A stretch of 63,540 bases of DNA, filler included, from Sphacelaria rigidula (Eukaryota): the NCBI GenBank assembly GCA_964200075.2. It is 7 parts of 7 records of this genome, joined end to end, with 100 filler letters (N's around TTAATTAATTAA, not from the genome) between each part and the next. Parts side by side here need not be neighbours in the genome. Positions count along the whole stretch, not along the records: positions 45,462 to 54,451 come from CAXNAA020009578.1; positions 54,552 to 63,540 come from CAXNAA020009579.1; 5 more parts are not named here. One strand, 5' to 3'. Position numbers and translations under genes: made by a program. How positions within the stretch are numbered: the first letter of the stretch is position 1; every line of letters starts with the position of its first letter. Shown here piece after piece: positions 50,801 through 61,588 of this stretch. A model generated the notes under the pieces. It saw nothing but the letters and a program-made list of their open reading frames with translations, made no database searches and was not told the DNA's origin.

Positions 50801-51348
50801 CGACAGAGAAGCGTCGTGTCTCAGCAGTGATGGGTGTCGATGGACGAAATCGAATGAAGACGAAGCTGCCCGCGACTGGAACAGGGAGACGTTTTCAGGT
50901 TATATAGCAAAGAAAAAAGGCGATTCAAAATTCCGGCGGATTATCCACATGTTTATATCCATCAGTATTTCATATGTGATGAAATAAAAAGTTTAACGGG
51001 GGTTACTTGTTTTTTTTTTTTGTGTTTGGACAAGGGGGAGACAACTGTGGGATGGTCAAAAAGTCGGGTCATTTTTTTGTTACATACACCGATTTCTACA
51101 CATGTTTTTTGGTATTGACTGTAGAATGTAAGACAAGCCTGTGGACGACAGGCGTGGCCTGCGAGTATCTAAGCCGGGACAGAGGGTGGGTGGAGGTTGT
51201 AGCTTCTCAGTCGGTGTAAGGGTAATGCGCGTGTAGAGACGCGATTTGTACTTGGACTGGATAAGCTCTGCAGAGAAGGGCTTGGGACATGGATGGGACT
51301 GACAGACGGTGAGGCGTCGGGACGGACACTGTAAGTGAGGAGCGTCAA

Positions 51349-51555
51349 CCCTTTGACCGCGGGGGTAGGTCACCTTCTGAATCGGCATCAATCTCACTTG
51401 AAGAAAGTATGTGTGATCTGGATGGACTACCCGCATCGCGGTCTCAGGGTTAACACTTTGACCGCGAGGGTGGGTCACCCGCTGAATCGGCATCAGTATC
51501 TACTCGGAAAAAATATCTGTGATCTAGATGGACTACGCACACCGCGGTCTGAGGG
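51349..51555 (+). mobile_element. Head-to-tail dimer of the piggyBac-type MITE sharing one TTAA
   Basis: Units 51349-51449 and 51454-51555 are separated by TTAA at 51450-51453. Confidence 0.85.
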
Positions 51556-52197
51556 TGAAGGATCGGTATTACCTGGGCTGTTTTTTCAGCCATTTTTGAC
51601 TTTTCGGGGGGGAAAAAAATTACTCCCCGAAAAATAAAACGAAATCGCCTGCTGCGCTGCTTGACGATATTGCTGAATAAAGGCTGTACAGTAGTGTTGA
51701 TTTACTACAGTACGTCCTCGTGCACCTGGCTTTCTTATTCCTGTGCTTATATGGTGCCGCTCATTTTCCCGACTACGCTGAATCCGATTCCTGCTTCGCT
51801 GTACTCCGGCAGCTTGATCCCTTGCACTGTGTAACGATTCGTACCGATACACAAACCGCAGATCCCGCTACTCTCCGATTCTTCACATTTCTCAACCAGG
51901 TGAAGGAAAAGGTACGAATATCATCAGCAAAAGCCGAAAAACCTGAAAAATCCGCCGGTAGCAATCGTAATGAATGAAGGGTTCGCAAGACCGGGCAGCG
52001 GTCCAAAACAGTGCATACACGGTACAGATTTCACGAGGGCCGCGAGTCTGTATGGAAGTCGCGGTGTTAAGTCAAAATATACTGCCTCCCCCTTAATTAC
52101 TTTACGGGAATGTGTCTCTCCACTATCTTGCGTATTGAAGAAATAATTCCCCCGTCTCCTCTCTTCTCGGATCCCTACAAAGCCGGGACGGTTCAAG

Positions 52198-52298
52198 AGT
52201 AGGAACGGTGCTCGGTCTCGAAAGGGATGCGTGGTCAATGGTCAAATGACCAAGGCACGTAATAAATGATCACCCCTCCCCCCCATCTTCCCCCCCCC
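52198..52298 (+). mobile_element. Heavily 5'-truncated 3' end of the same LINE family, with C-rich tail
   Basis: AGTAGGAACG.TGCTC.GTCTCGAAAGGGATG.GTGGT.AATGGTCAAAT...AAATGA followed by C-runs; matches 23830-23926. Confidence 0.8.
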
Positions 52299-53685
52299 GA
52301 TCGGTCGGGTACCGACTTCAGTCTGAAGGTGCGGAGCATGTGCCCCCTACCCGCCGGTCATCCTCCGCTACACCAGTTGGTGGTGAATGGGTGGATTGAC
52401 ATTGTTTTTTGTGTGTGTCTAGGTGCTTATTGGTCTTCGTCTGCCTATTGTTGTTTAGATGGTCAGCGGCCGGGTTTCGGACTCTGCCCACCACGACAGT
52501 ACGCGTATGCAAAAAAAACACAGTTCACCTCACCGCCTTCTTCAAATCACTGCTAGTCTAGTGTGCTGTCAAATACCAACAATACCAACGGCAAAGCTTA
52601 CGTCTTAGTTCCGGGAGCTCTGAGAGCTCTCTTCGCCACCTTCCGCTATCATGACCAACCTTGTTTCTTGAGTGCACACACGAGAGCAAGAAACGCCATG
52701 CACTCAAAACGTGAAGGGGGTCACCCAAATCACGGCCCCATCAGCCGAAAACGAAGGGGAAGGTAGACCTACATATTTTTTCATGAAGTCGACCGTAGTA
52801 AGTTGTTGGGTGGCGCGGTCAATGCTGTAACCATAACAACAAACGTCAGCGGCACAGCAGCAGCACGTGTTTTACTTCTTGTGCTGACGCATTCAAAACT
52901 CGAAGGTTACGAGAATACGAACCGAAATCGTCTTAGCGCTGAATCCACAAGAAACCAACGAGTGAGGAAGGTTACAAGTAGTGAGGTCCCGCTTTGTGGT
53001 TGCAAGATCACCCGCTTCCGCGGATTCTACGTTCATGAAAGGAAACAAACACAATACCCCGCGATCGATGTGGGTGCCAACATCCTCCAAAACAAAAAGA
53101 AAAAAATGAAGTCATGCATAAAGCGCCATTTTCACGGGACAATATCTACCCCGAAGCACACACACGAGCTGTCTATGTCGATCGCGGCCGGACGGCAGCA
53201 TCACGGATGGAAGAAGATGCTCTGAGGGAGATGAACTCGGTGCGTGGGACGGAGCTGGGGGCGCAACGATTCCCTGACTGCCCCCTTTCAACACAATCTT
53301 GAACACGTGAACGCGTGTCTGATTCTATGTCGCAACCAGGTGTGCACGAGGGCCGACGGAATTTTCCTTGCTCAGAAGTTTCCACATACCACAACAAACG
53401 CTCCGACGAAACGGATTGTGTGCCAAAAGACAACCGCCGACAAGCCACCGAACACCAGTACACAGAATAGAAAAGAGCCAAACAGACACCGTACCCCGCA
53501 CTCCATCATGTCCTCGTCCTGCGACAGCACCTCATTACGGTAAGGCGAGGGACGAATAGAGCAATAAACCAACACACTACCCGTGGACTGAAAGACATAC
53601 AGGTGAATTAGCCCCTTACGGCAGGTCCTGAGCGACGTGTCGGTGGTCGATGTGCATTGTTGTCTCGACTGTACTCTCCAAGGCG

Positions 53686-54093
53686 ATGTTCGGATGCACA
53701 CGGGGGTGCCGGCAGCAAGGAAGGACATCAAATACACGGCAAATTTCTGAAAACTCAAACATCACCGCCAACAGCGCTGAATTCGAATTAGACGACGGCT
53801 TTCAACTAGAAGAGCTTCCCTCGCTTACACCACTTAAGCTCACGAGGCACAGGGAGGTCAAACACGAGGAGAGGGTGGCGAACCCACCGACATTGGCGGA
53901 GGCGGCGTGCCCGGCGAGGCTTACTGCGTCTTCGTCAAACAAAACAGGCGTTAGGCGGAGGGCGTCACCAGGCAGACAATTTCTGGCTTGCGCAAGGGGG
54001 GACGTGCAGGAGCTCTCTGAGTGGTTTAATACTTGCGAAGGCGACGCCAACGCGAGGGATAGTGAAGGCTGGCCATTGATCCTGCACGCCAGC
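53686..54093 (+). CDS. Ankyrin-repeat protein exon (partial; remainder beyond the contig end)
   Basis: QFLACARGDVQELSEWFNTCEGDANARDSEGWPLILHAS fits the ankyrin consensus and ends at donor AGC|GTGAGT. The 5' boundary is uncertain. Confidence 0.7.
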
Positions 54094-54347
54094 GTGAGTT
54101 GTCTATGCTGCAGTTATATTAGCTCTTCGAGATGTTGTTTGTGGTGTCTGACCCACAAGTTTGAGAACGGGAGGAGGAAGTCGCGGAGGCAAGGTGATCC
54201 TCGAACGGCTGTTTTTTTTTTTTTGTCAAGAGGAGAGCGTCCGCACACATCATCTCTCCAAGATTTTGCGATGCAGGGCAGATCGTTTTACTGCTCAAGG
54301 TTCGCGGATATTACATCCAGATACAAACATCTTGGCCCTCCCCGTCG

Positions 54348-54388
<41 letters not shown>

Positions 54389-54451
54389 AAGAAAAAAAGC
54401 ACGGCAAGGGAGACAAGGGTCTGTGGTTGTTGAAGCTGGGGGCGGGGTACG

Positions 54452-54551
54452 NNNNNNNNNNNNNNNNNNNNNNNNNNNNNNNNNNNNNNNNNNNNTTAAT
54501 TAATTAANNNNNNNNNNNNNNNNNNNNNNNNNNNNNNNNNNNNNNNNNNNN
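54452..54551. other. Artificial contig spacer
   Basis: N44-TTAATTAATTAA-N44. Confidence 0.98.
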
Positions 54552-54745
54552 AAATCAAATCGGACATCGTTAAGGGCTCGTACAAACAAAATGATACAGA
54601 CTTATGGGACAGAGGAAGTATGCCTGACATTTCAGATCATGCACCATTGCGTACAGACTCCGGCAATAGAAATCACATATATTAATGGGTAGCCGGACGC
54701 CACTACCATACAAGGGGGTGGGATTGAATGCGTTTGATACCATAT

Positions 54746-55136
54746 TTAATCTTTTGACCGCGAGGGTAGGTCACCTGCTGAATCGGCATCAATTTCACTT
54801 GAAAAAAACATGCGTGATCGAGATGGACAACCCGTATCGCGGTCTAAGGGTTAACCCTCAACCCTTGGACGGCGAAGGTAGGCCACCTGCTGAATCGGCA
54901 TCAATTTCACTTGAAAAAAACATGCGTGATCGAGATGGACTATCCGCATCGCGGTTGAACAATATTCATTTGAAAAAAGTATGCGTGATCGAGATGGACT
55001 ACCCGCACCGCGGTCTAAGCGTTCAACCTAAGCGTTCAACCGCGATGCGGGTAGTCCATCTCGATCACACATGCTTTTTTCAAGTGAAATTGATGCCAAT
55101 TCAGCAGGTGACGTACCCGCACAGTCAAAGGGGTAA
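54746..55136. mobile_element. Cluster of ~3.5 piggyBac-type MITE units, the last one inverted
   Basis: Repeated core GGTAGGTCACCTGCTGAATCGGCATCAATTTCACTTGAAAAAAA.ATGCGTGATCGAGATGGAC; TTAA at 54746 and 54851. Confidence 0.85.
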
Positions 55137-56549
55137 CGAACATCATTCATGTGTGCAAGCGATTGCGTAGTATTTCCGCCCCGACTTGTGCAGTTATTGA
55201 ACTACAATGTTACTGCCGAGTAGTCTCGTGGCGCGAGCCATTTCAACCTCATATCTTGACGGATCGAAGTCAAAATAATCCTGCCACATGTGGTGAGGGA
55301 GAGCTATCGCAAAGGCTACCAAAACACTGTGTGGAGTGCAGTGCAACTTTCTTGGTCAGCGTGGGGACCGCTTGGATTTAATCTTGTCCCTCAACCGTCA
55401 GTCGTGATGAGCCCATCTCTCATGTAGCTCTGAAGCATTTCGCTGCCGATGCTGCATCTAATGACCCTGTATAGAAACGACTTCAACTCAGATTTCGGTT
55501 TCGGTTTCGAGTGTTTATCTTTGGACTAATGTGTGGAAATAATAATATTAACAATGATCATCTATGAGTTTTGCGTAGACACGCCTCAAGTCTGCCGCGC
55601 CATGTGTGTAAGCTATGGATGTGTGAAATACATCTCCAACCCGAACATTATTTTCTTGAATCGGCATATAACTTTCGGCTGGTACCGCGATAGCCGCCCC
55701 CCAAGAGTGGCTGTTTTTAGGAGGCAAAATCTACATGTGAATCAAAATGACAAAAGCCGAGCATACCAAGCAGCTGGGAACTCCCCCTCTTGGGATCGTT
55801 TCGCCAGTGTCGCCAATATAAGGCGCTTCATGCAATCTGAAACCAACTATCATGCGCTGTATGACCATTTTCTTCGTGACGGTTTTGGGGCTGGTCTCTG
55901 GGGGGGAAAGGGGGGCTATCGCGGCAGCACTCCTGCCCGGAACGTAACCTAATCATATGTCCAGAACATCACACGAAATCGGCGAACTGATCCCTTTTTC
56001 TTCCAAAACCGCACAGTTGGTCTCGAATCGACACGTATCTCACCGGCTGTACACTTATGATGATCCGCTTCGGCGGATCCACCCCGACCATTACGGCAAT
56101 ACTATACACGTAAACTGTTCTACCGAAATAGATCACAGGTCTTTCAACAGCGTTTGAAACAGGCGGCAAATTCCGAGTCTCCCTTGACCATTCTTTTAGC
56201 CGAATTCATCGCCACGGTAGGTCATCCCGATAGAGCACTTTTTTTTTCACGAAAAGTCATGCCGATTCAACAGATAACCTATCCTGGCAGTCAAAGGACG
56301 AAGCGTGAATAAGTGCTGCATTACCACATTTGAACCGGAAAGCAACGGCGGGAATTTCGAGTGACCATGTTTTAACGGGCATGACTCTCACGTGACTATA
56401 TTTGAAGGGATTAAGCAACATGGGACACTTGAAACACACGAATTAAATTGGTCATGTTGAAGCCCTGGGTATTTACAAGTTACCCTTCGGACACGACGTT
56501 GCTTTTCGGAACAACATCGCCAGCTGACGTGAATGCCGTTGACCCTATG

Positions 56550-56763
56550 TGTGCTGTTATCCCATTAATTCTGGACGCCGGTCTACACCTTTTGGTATAT
56601 GTGGGCGCACCAGCCGAGGTCACACAGGAGGAAGGCCAACACAGGAGCCTTTTCGTTTTTATTTGTTTCAGTTCTCCACCTTCTTTTTGCGGTGCTTGCC
56701 TTTATTTTTTATCGCGAGAAGGGTTCAGCAGTCCCTTTCCCTCGTCGACCGTTAAGTCGAATT
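56550..56763 (-). mobile_element. 5'-truncated tRNA-SINE copy with 11-bp TSD
   Basis: Matches the 3' part of 18622-18979. TTGACCCTATG occurs at 56539-56549 and 56764-56774. Confidence 0.8.
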
Positions 56764-56767
56764 TTGA

Positions 56768-56950
56768 CCCTATGGCCGTGTCTTATCGAGACCATAAAAT
56801 AAGTGGTGAAAGGAACAAGCGTTCGAAAACAGCATGTTGGTTAGTCGTGGCAGCCATAGACCCGCCCGGTGATTAACCAACATGCCGCCTTTGGACGCTT
56901 GATCCTTTTCCCGCGTCTTTTTTTTGTCTCAATAATACACGACCCAGGGC
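56768..56950. repeat. Degenerate ~180-bp foldback / MITE
   Basis: Arms ...GGAACAAGCGTTCGAAAACAGCATGTTGGTTAGTC and GATTAACCAACATGCCGCCTTTGGACGCTTGATCC.... Confidence 0.65.
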
Positions 56951-58395
56951 TGAGCAGCTCCTCTCTGACCTCAGCACCACCCCGAGCGACCAATCGTGTA
57001 TTCCGTGGTTCCCAACCTCGAAGTCCTGCATCAGTGTCCGTTAGCAAAAGCAATTGTGTGACACGTATTTTCAGCGGTCGAGCTACAATAGGTCATTGTG
57101 TGACATCCCAAGCGGTTATCCAGGTCGCCGCCCCCGACGGTACCATGCCGGGTCCTCTCCAATATTGAAAAAATAGTTGAAATCGTCGAGATTTTTTTCG
57201 CCTGAAGATGAGAAAGGTGGCAGAAATAAGAAAAAACACAATTACGTAGAGAACGTGACCCATGTTGATCTCGGGACTCGGGGACATCCCACCTTAGATT
57301 CTACAATTTTCAGCTTTCATTTTCTCTGTAAACAAGGCCCCGCATTGCAAAAAAAGTACACCCACCGGAACATTTCGATGGCATATTTCGATGTTTTCAA
57401 CCGCACAGAGTTTGGCGACGTTTGGGCGAGAGAGTTTACGACAACATCGAGGTTGAGGGTCTCATCACATCGGGTGATATACTCTGCAACCTACCGTACT
57501 AGTCGATGGTTTCGCGCCGTCGGATGTGACAGCTGATGTGCCTGCACTTTTTTGTGCCAAGCGTCGCCCGTTTTGTGCCGAAGGTACACAGCAAGAAAGA
57601 GTCAAACATATTGTTCGAAGGTCTTCAAAGTCAACGACCGAAAACTGTTTCGACATCGTGCAATGCCGAAGATGAAAAATTTTCCACAAAATTGAAGAAG
57701 CACAGTAGGCATACAGCACTATTCCCTGCAATTATTTTACGTGCACCCACTTCATTGCACGTCCCACATATGCTGCCTCGTTGCCCCTCCTGTACATGCT
57801 GTCCCACCTATTCTATAGCCCGGGCGTAAGTGGCATGCGCTACGGTGTGCCGTGGCCAGAGCTGGATCGTCTACCCGCGTGTTGCGGAACTGGACTGTTA
57901 GGATGGACGGCGGGCAAGGACACGAATATCCATGGCGAATCTCCTACATCTCACCGGATGTAGGAAGTCCTGCTGGCGTTACCTTGTTAATTTGTACTCA
58001 GAGTCGATCATTTGTCTGCGAGATGTTTTGTGATCTTGACCGCAGGAACCCTGGTACGCAGTCAAGCGGTTGAAGATTCCGAAGATGCTAGCGGCATGCA
58101 TGCTGGTGTATGTAGACCTGGCCACGTAGAGAGCGCGAATATTTGCGCAAAAGCACAGTTGCTTACACCGGCCGCTTCTAGCCTTCACCAGCCATGTATT
58201 TATACCACGACTGCGGAAGTTCTGTCCTGTAACGCAGCTCACCCGGCATCAATCCTAACAGTGTGATGTCCGCCTTGCATCATTGCCCACTGAATGCCTC
58301 GAAACGTCGTTCACGGCTCATATTTCGCAAAACTCGCTCACCACGGCTGAGGGCAGGGTGACGTCTTTCCCTCCGCGAAACGAGTACTTGCATCA

Positions 58396-60739
58396 TTGGG
58401 TCTTGTCGGCACAGCGACTGATAACCGGGCCTCGCCCACGGCACGTCAACTTCGCCGCGTGAGAAACGCGCGGCGCAGGCAGTCGCTTGAGGTCGCCACT
58501 ACCTGCACAGTAAGTGCACCTCGAGGTGAGGGTGGACGGCCGATGTATGGGCCAAATTATCTCCTGAAAGAGACGTCGCCGAACGAAGAAGGGTTGCCGC
58601 CCAGCCCTTTCGGACTTATCGAGGAGCTGTTGACCGACGATCCGTGGAAAGTTTTGCTGGGATGCATCATGCTCAACCAGACAACGCGATGGCAGGTTCG
58701 TTTTTGTTGTATCAGGGCATGTCTTGGCACATATTTTCAAATCGAAAAAAAGGGGCGATGGACTTGATTTGAGCAAAATTTGCTCGTTCTTCGAGTTAGG
58801 TCCACGCGAATCTTCAAGCTTTCGATCGAAGAAAGACAGTAGAAAATCGTGAAGCGGTACATGGTCTCTTGTGTACAGCACAGACAGTCTGTACTGTACG
58901 CACTGTCTGCTTGCAGTACGTCTTGAGTGCGTGTGTGCGTGTTTCGTACAGAAGGATGTGAAAGAGAAGCAGGCAACGTGCAGTGCAGGCTCTGCTTTCA
59001 ATGCAACGTGAAAAGGACTTGGACAACGTGCAGCTTTGTACATCCTGCACTGCCTGTGAGTGTTTAGGCAACTCAGTTACCCACCCTACCACGCACTTCC
59101 GTCGCTGATCCCTACCATGAAAGAAGATGCTCGAGTTAACAAAAAAATGAACGAAGCATACCCAACTACTGCAGTGTATCCATCCCCTGTGCTCATCTCG
59201 TGCTCTATGCTGCAGGGTTGCGGTGGTAGCTGAGAATGGGTTGTATGGAATTTGAATGGTTCTGTGAACGGGTGGTATCTGGCACGGTGGTCTGTAAGAT
59301 GGGAGTCAAGTGCCCCTTCGTGCCTTTCGGCCGCATATTTTCGATCGAAAAAGCTTATGAGCTTTATTGTTTTTTCTCCTTCTCCGCGCGCCACTAATTA
59401 TGAAAAAACAGTTGAAGCCAACTAGGAGCAGAAATGCGGCGAACCTACCAGATCATTTTATTTTTTTCCACCGCACTTTTTTTATCGAAAAAAAAGATGC
59501 TATTCGCAAGACACGCCCCCATCTTATTTTCGCACTATCAAGCCGCAGCGCCCCGACGGTCTAAATTAAAATGGCACACCAAGGGCCAGCTAGGGGGGAA
59601 GGTTATGAGTTCGAACCCCGGACGATATTGCCATATGGTCTCTTGTTAACTAGAATTTGGTTTCGCCTGTTGAAGGCGCGAGGACGCAAGTAAATAGGCT
59701 ACTTGTATGAGAAGCGACGGGATGCGGGAGTGCTGATCCACTCTTCGGTAACACGTGTAAGGAAAGGACTGAGGGAGAGAACAGACTACGGAGTTGTGTC
59801 AAGGAAGGGGAGAGGTTACAAATATGGTATGGGAAAAAAGAAAGATCGGCCACCAGTAAAATGAGGAGTGCGAAGATTGTGTGAACAGGCGACCTTCACT
59901 TCTGTCTTTTGTGCTACCGTGTGTCACATGAGGGAGATTGCAGTGTGTCATATTACGGAGATTGCAGAGCGCCTGCGTGCGTTTCTTAACCATTGTGTCC
60001 CTGCGTCTTAGAGGAAAAGATGACGAGATCAGTCATCAGACACTCCGGTGCTCGTTGTTGCTTTCACGGAAGCGCGAGCCATCCTTGTGAATGACGGTCA
60101 TTAATGGGGTGAGCATATGTAAAATGTGATTCTCTCGCGCGTTGCCTTCCACCTATACAGCGCTTTACATTTTTGGTTCGCACAAGGCACCCAATTGAGA
60201 CTGTTTTTTTTTGTCATCACAGCTTTGTTACGGCATGCTCTTGCCTTACTATTCCGACACGGTTTTCCCTCCCTTCAGATGGACCCGGTGCTCGTACGCT
60301 TTTTGGAAAAATTCCCAAACGCGACTGCAACTGCGTCGGCGAGCTTGGCGGATGTGATACACCTGGCGGGTCCATTGGGGCTTCAAGAAAAAAGACCTAT
60401 TGCCATCATCCGCTTCTCACGTGAGCAAAAAAAAAGAAGAATATGTACGTAATATTGAACAGTACTACTAGCCGAATGTAGTTGAAATGTAGATCCAAAT
60501 ATGGCCATAACATTTTTTTTGTGCTCTTCTCCACATTTTTTCTTCCTCTCGCCCCCGCAGAGGAATATCTACGAATGGAATGGAAAGATCCTGAAGATCT
60601 CCCCTGGATTGGCAAGTACGCCGCCGACGCCTACAAAATATTTGTGGAGCGAAATTGGCGTGACGTGCGACCAAACGACCACGCCCTCAATTGGTGGGTC
60701 GAGTGGATGCGCGGCACAAGCCCTGAGGATGTGCACTGA
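58396..60739 (+). CDS. MBD4: MBD4-type HhH-GPD DNA glycosylase domain (exons ?-58695, 60279-60420, 60561-60739)
   Basis: Spliced product PPSPFGLIEELLTDDPWKVLLGCIMLNQT...PVLVRFLEKFPNA...PLGLQEKR...RFSQEYLRMEWKDPEDLPWIGKYAADAYKIF..NWRDVRPNDHALNWW is colinear with the MBD4 catalytic domain. GT-AG introns in phases 0 and 1. The start of the first exon is undefined. Confidence 0.92.
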
Positions 60740-61428
60740 AGCGGCGAACATCAACGACAGCTATCAGATGCATCGCCGGCGGTCGGGTGGTCCGTGCGAC
60801 AAAAGTTCATATGAACGTAAATTTTGTTTTCGGGGTCCGATGTTGTATTTGAGGATGTCTGCGCAGTCGAGGAAGAATACACGGTCGGCTGTTGGATTTT
60901 GGCCGATGAGGCAATCATAGATTTTTTCCCGTCTTGGGCGATGAAAAGTAGGGCGAGTTCAGACGGTGCAGTGTCGATCGGTAATAGCACTGCGTATTTA
61001 GACGGACGGGAACCGTCGTCTTATTTTGTTCATTTAGACGGGAACCGTCGTCTTATTTTGTTCATCCTCGTGGCATGTCGGCGTCCTTTTCGGTCAAGAA
61101 TCCGACAGTTGGTTCTTGACCCGACGGAGACTTAGCGCACCGGCGTGAGGATATCGCAACCATCGGCAGTCTAGTAGTAAGTTGAGTCATCATCCCACGT
61201 GCGGCATTACCAGCCGATGTGCCAAAAGAGCACGAAAGTTCGTATACATGAAAAACAATGTTAGCACATGTCGCTTTCGCGTCGGACAAAACACGCTATA
61301 GTGCAATGACACGTAGTATCCAAAAGATTCCAGTATTGTCACGATACCCATTAAGAAAGGCTCGTATCAGGCTTCCCAGCTACCTATAGCCCGGAATTTC
61401 CGGAATCGAACAAAAATAATAGGGGAGA

Positions 61429-61588
61429 GGGTGTCCTCATGATCTTGCATGCCATAGTCATATGAACGTTGGCCCCGCATCCCTACAAAGCCGAGACGGA
61501 GCACGCCGGGTTTTCGCCGGCCCGGGCTCGCATTCAATCACCAAGCGCGAAGCGCCGTGATGTGTTCGGCGAATCGCATGAAGGGTGA
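61429..61588 (+). repeat. Dispersed repeat family Y copy
   Basis: Reverse complement of 6495-6654. Confidence 0.8.

Noticed and set aside
9038..54507. Regularly spaced TTAATTAATTAA every ~9.09 kb as a biological periodic element
   Set aside because: Always centred in N44 padding; it is an artificial six-frame stop linker.
54746..55136. Repeat cluster as a CRISPR-like array; ORFs 54685-55170, 51080-51493 and 51335-51637
   Set aside because: Units are ~100-bp MITEs with TIRs and TTAA, there are no unique spacers or cas genes, and the ORFs are read-through of the MITE.
58264..58350. Three in-frame TGA codons upstream of the MBD4 exon as selenocysteine or readthrough
   Set aside because: No SECIS or conservation evidence; a frameshift or intron is simpler.
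58393..59043. 216-aa minus-strand ORF sharing MYKAARCPSPFHV with 14730-15026
   Set aside because: The similarity comes from a shared non-coding repeat, and the ORF runs antisense through the MBD4 exon.
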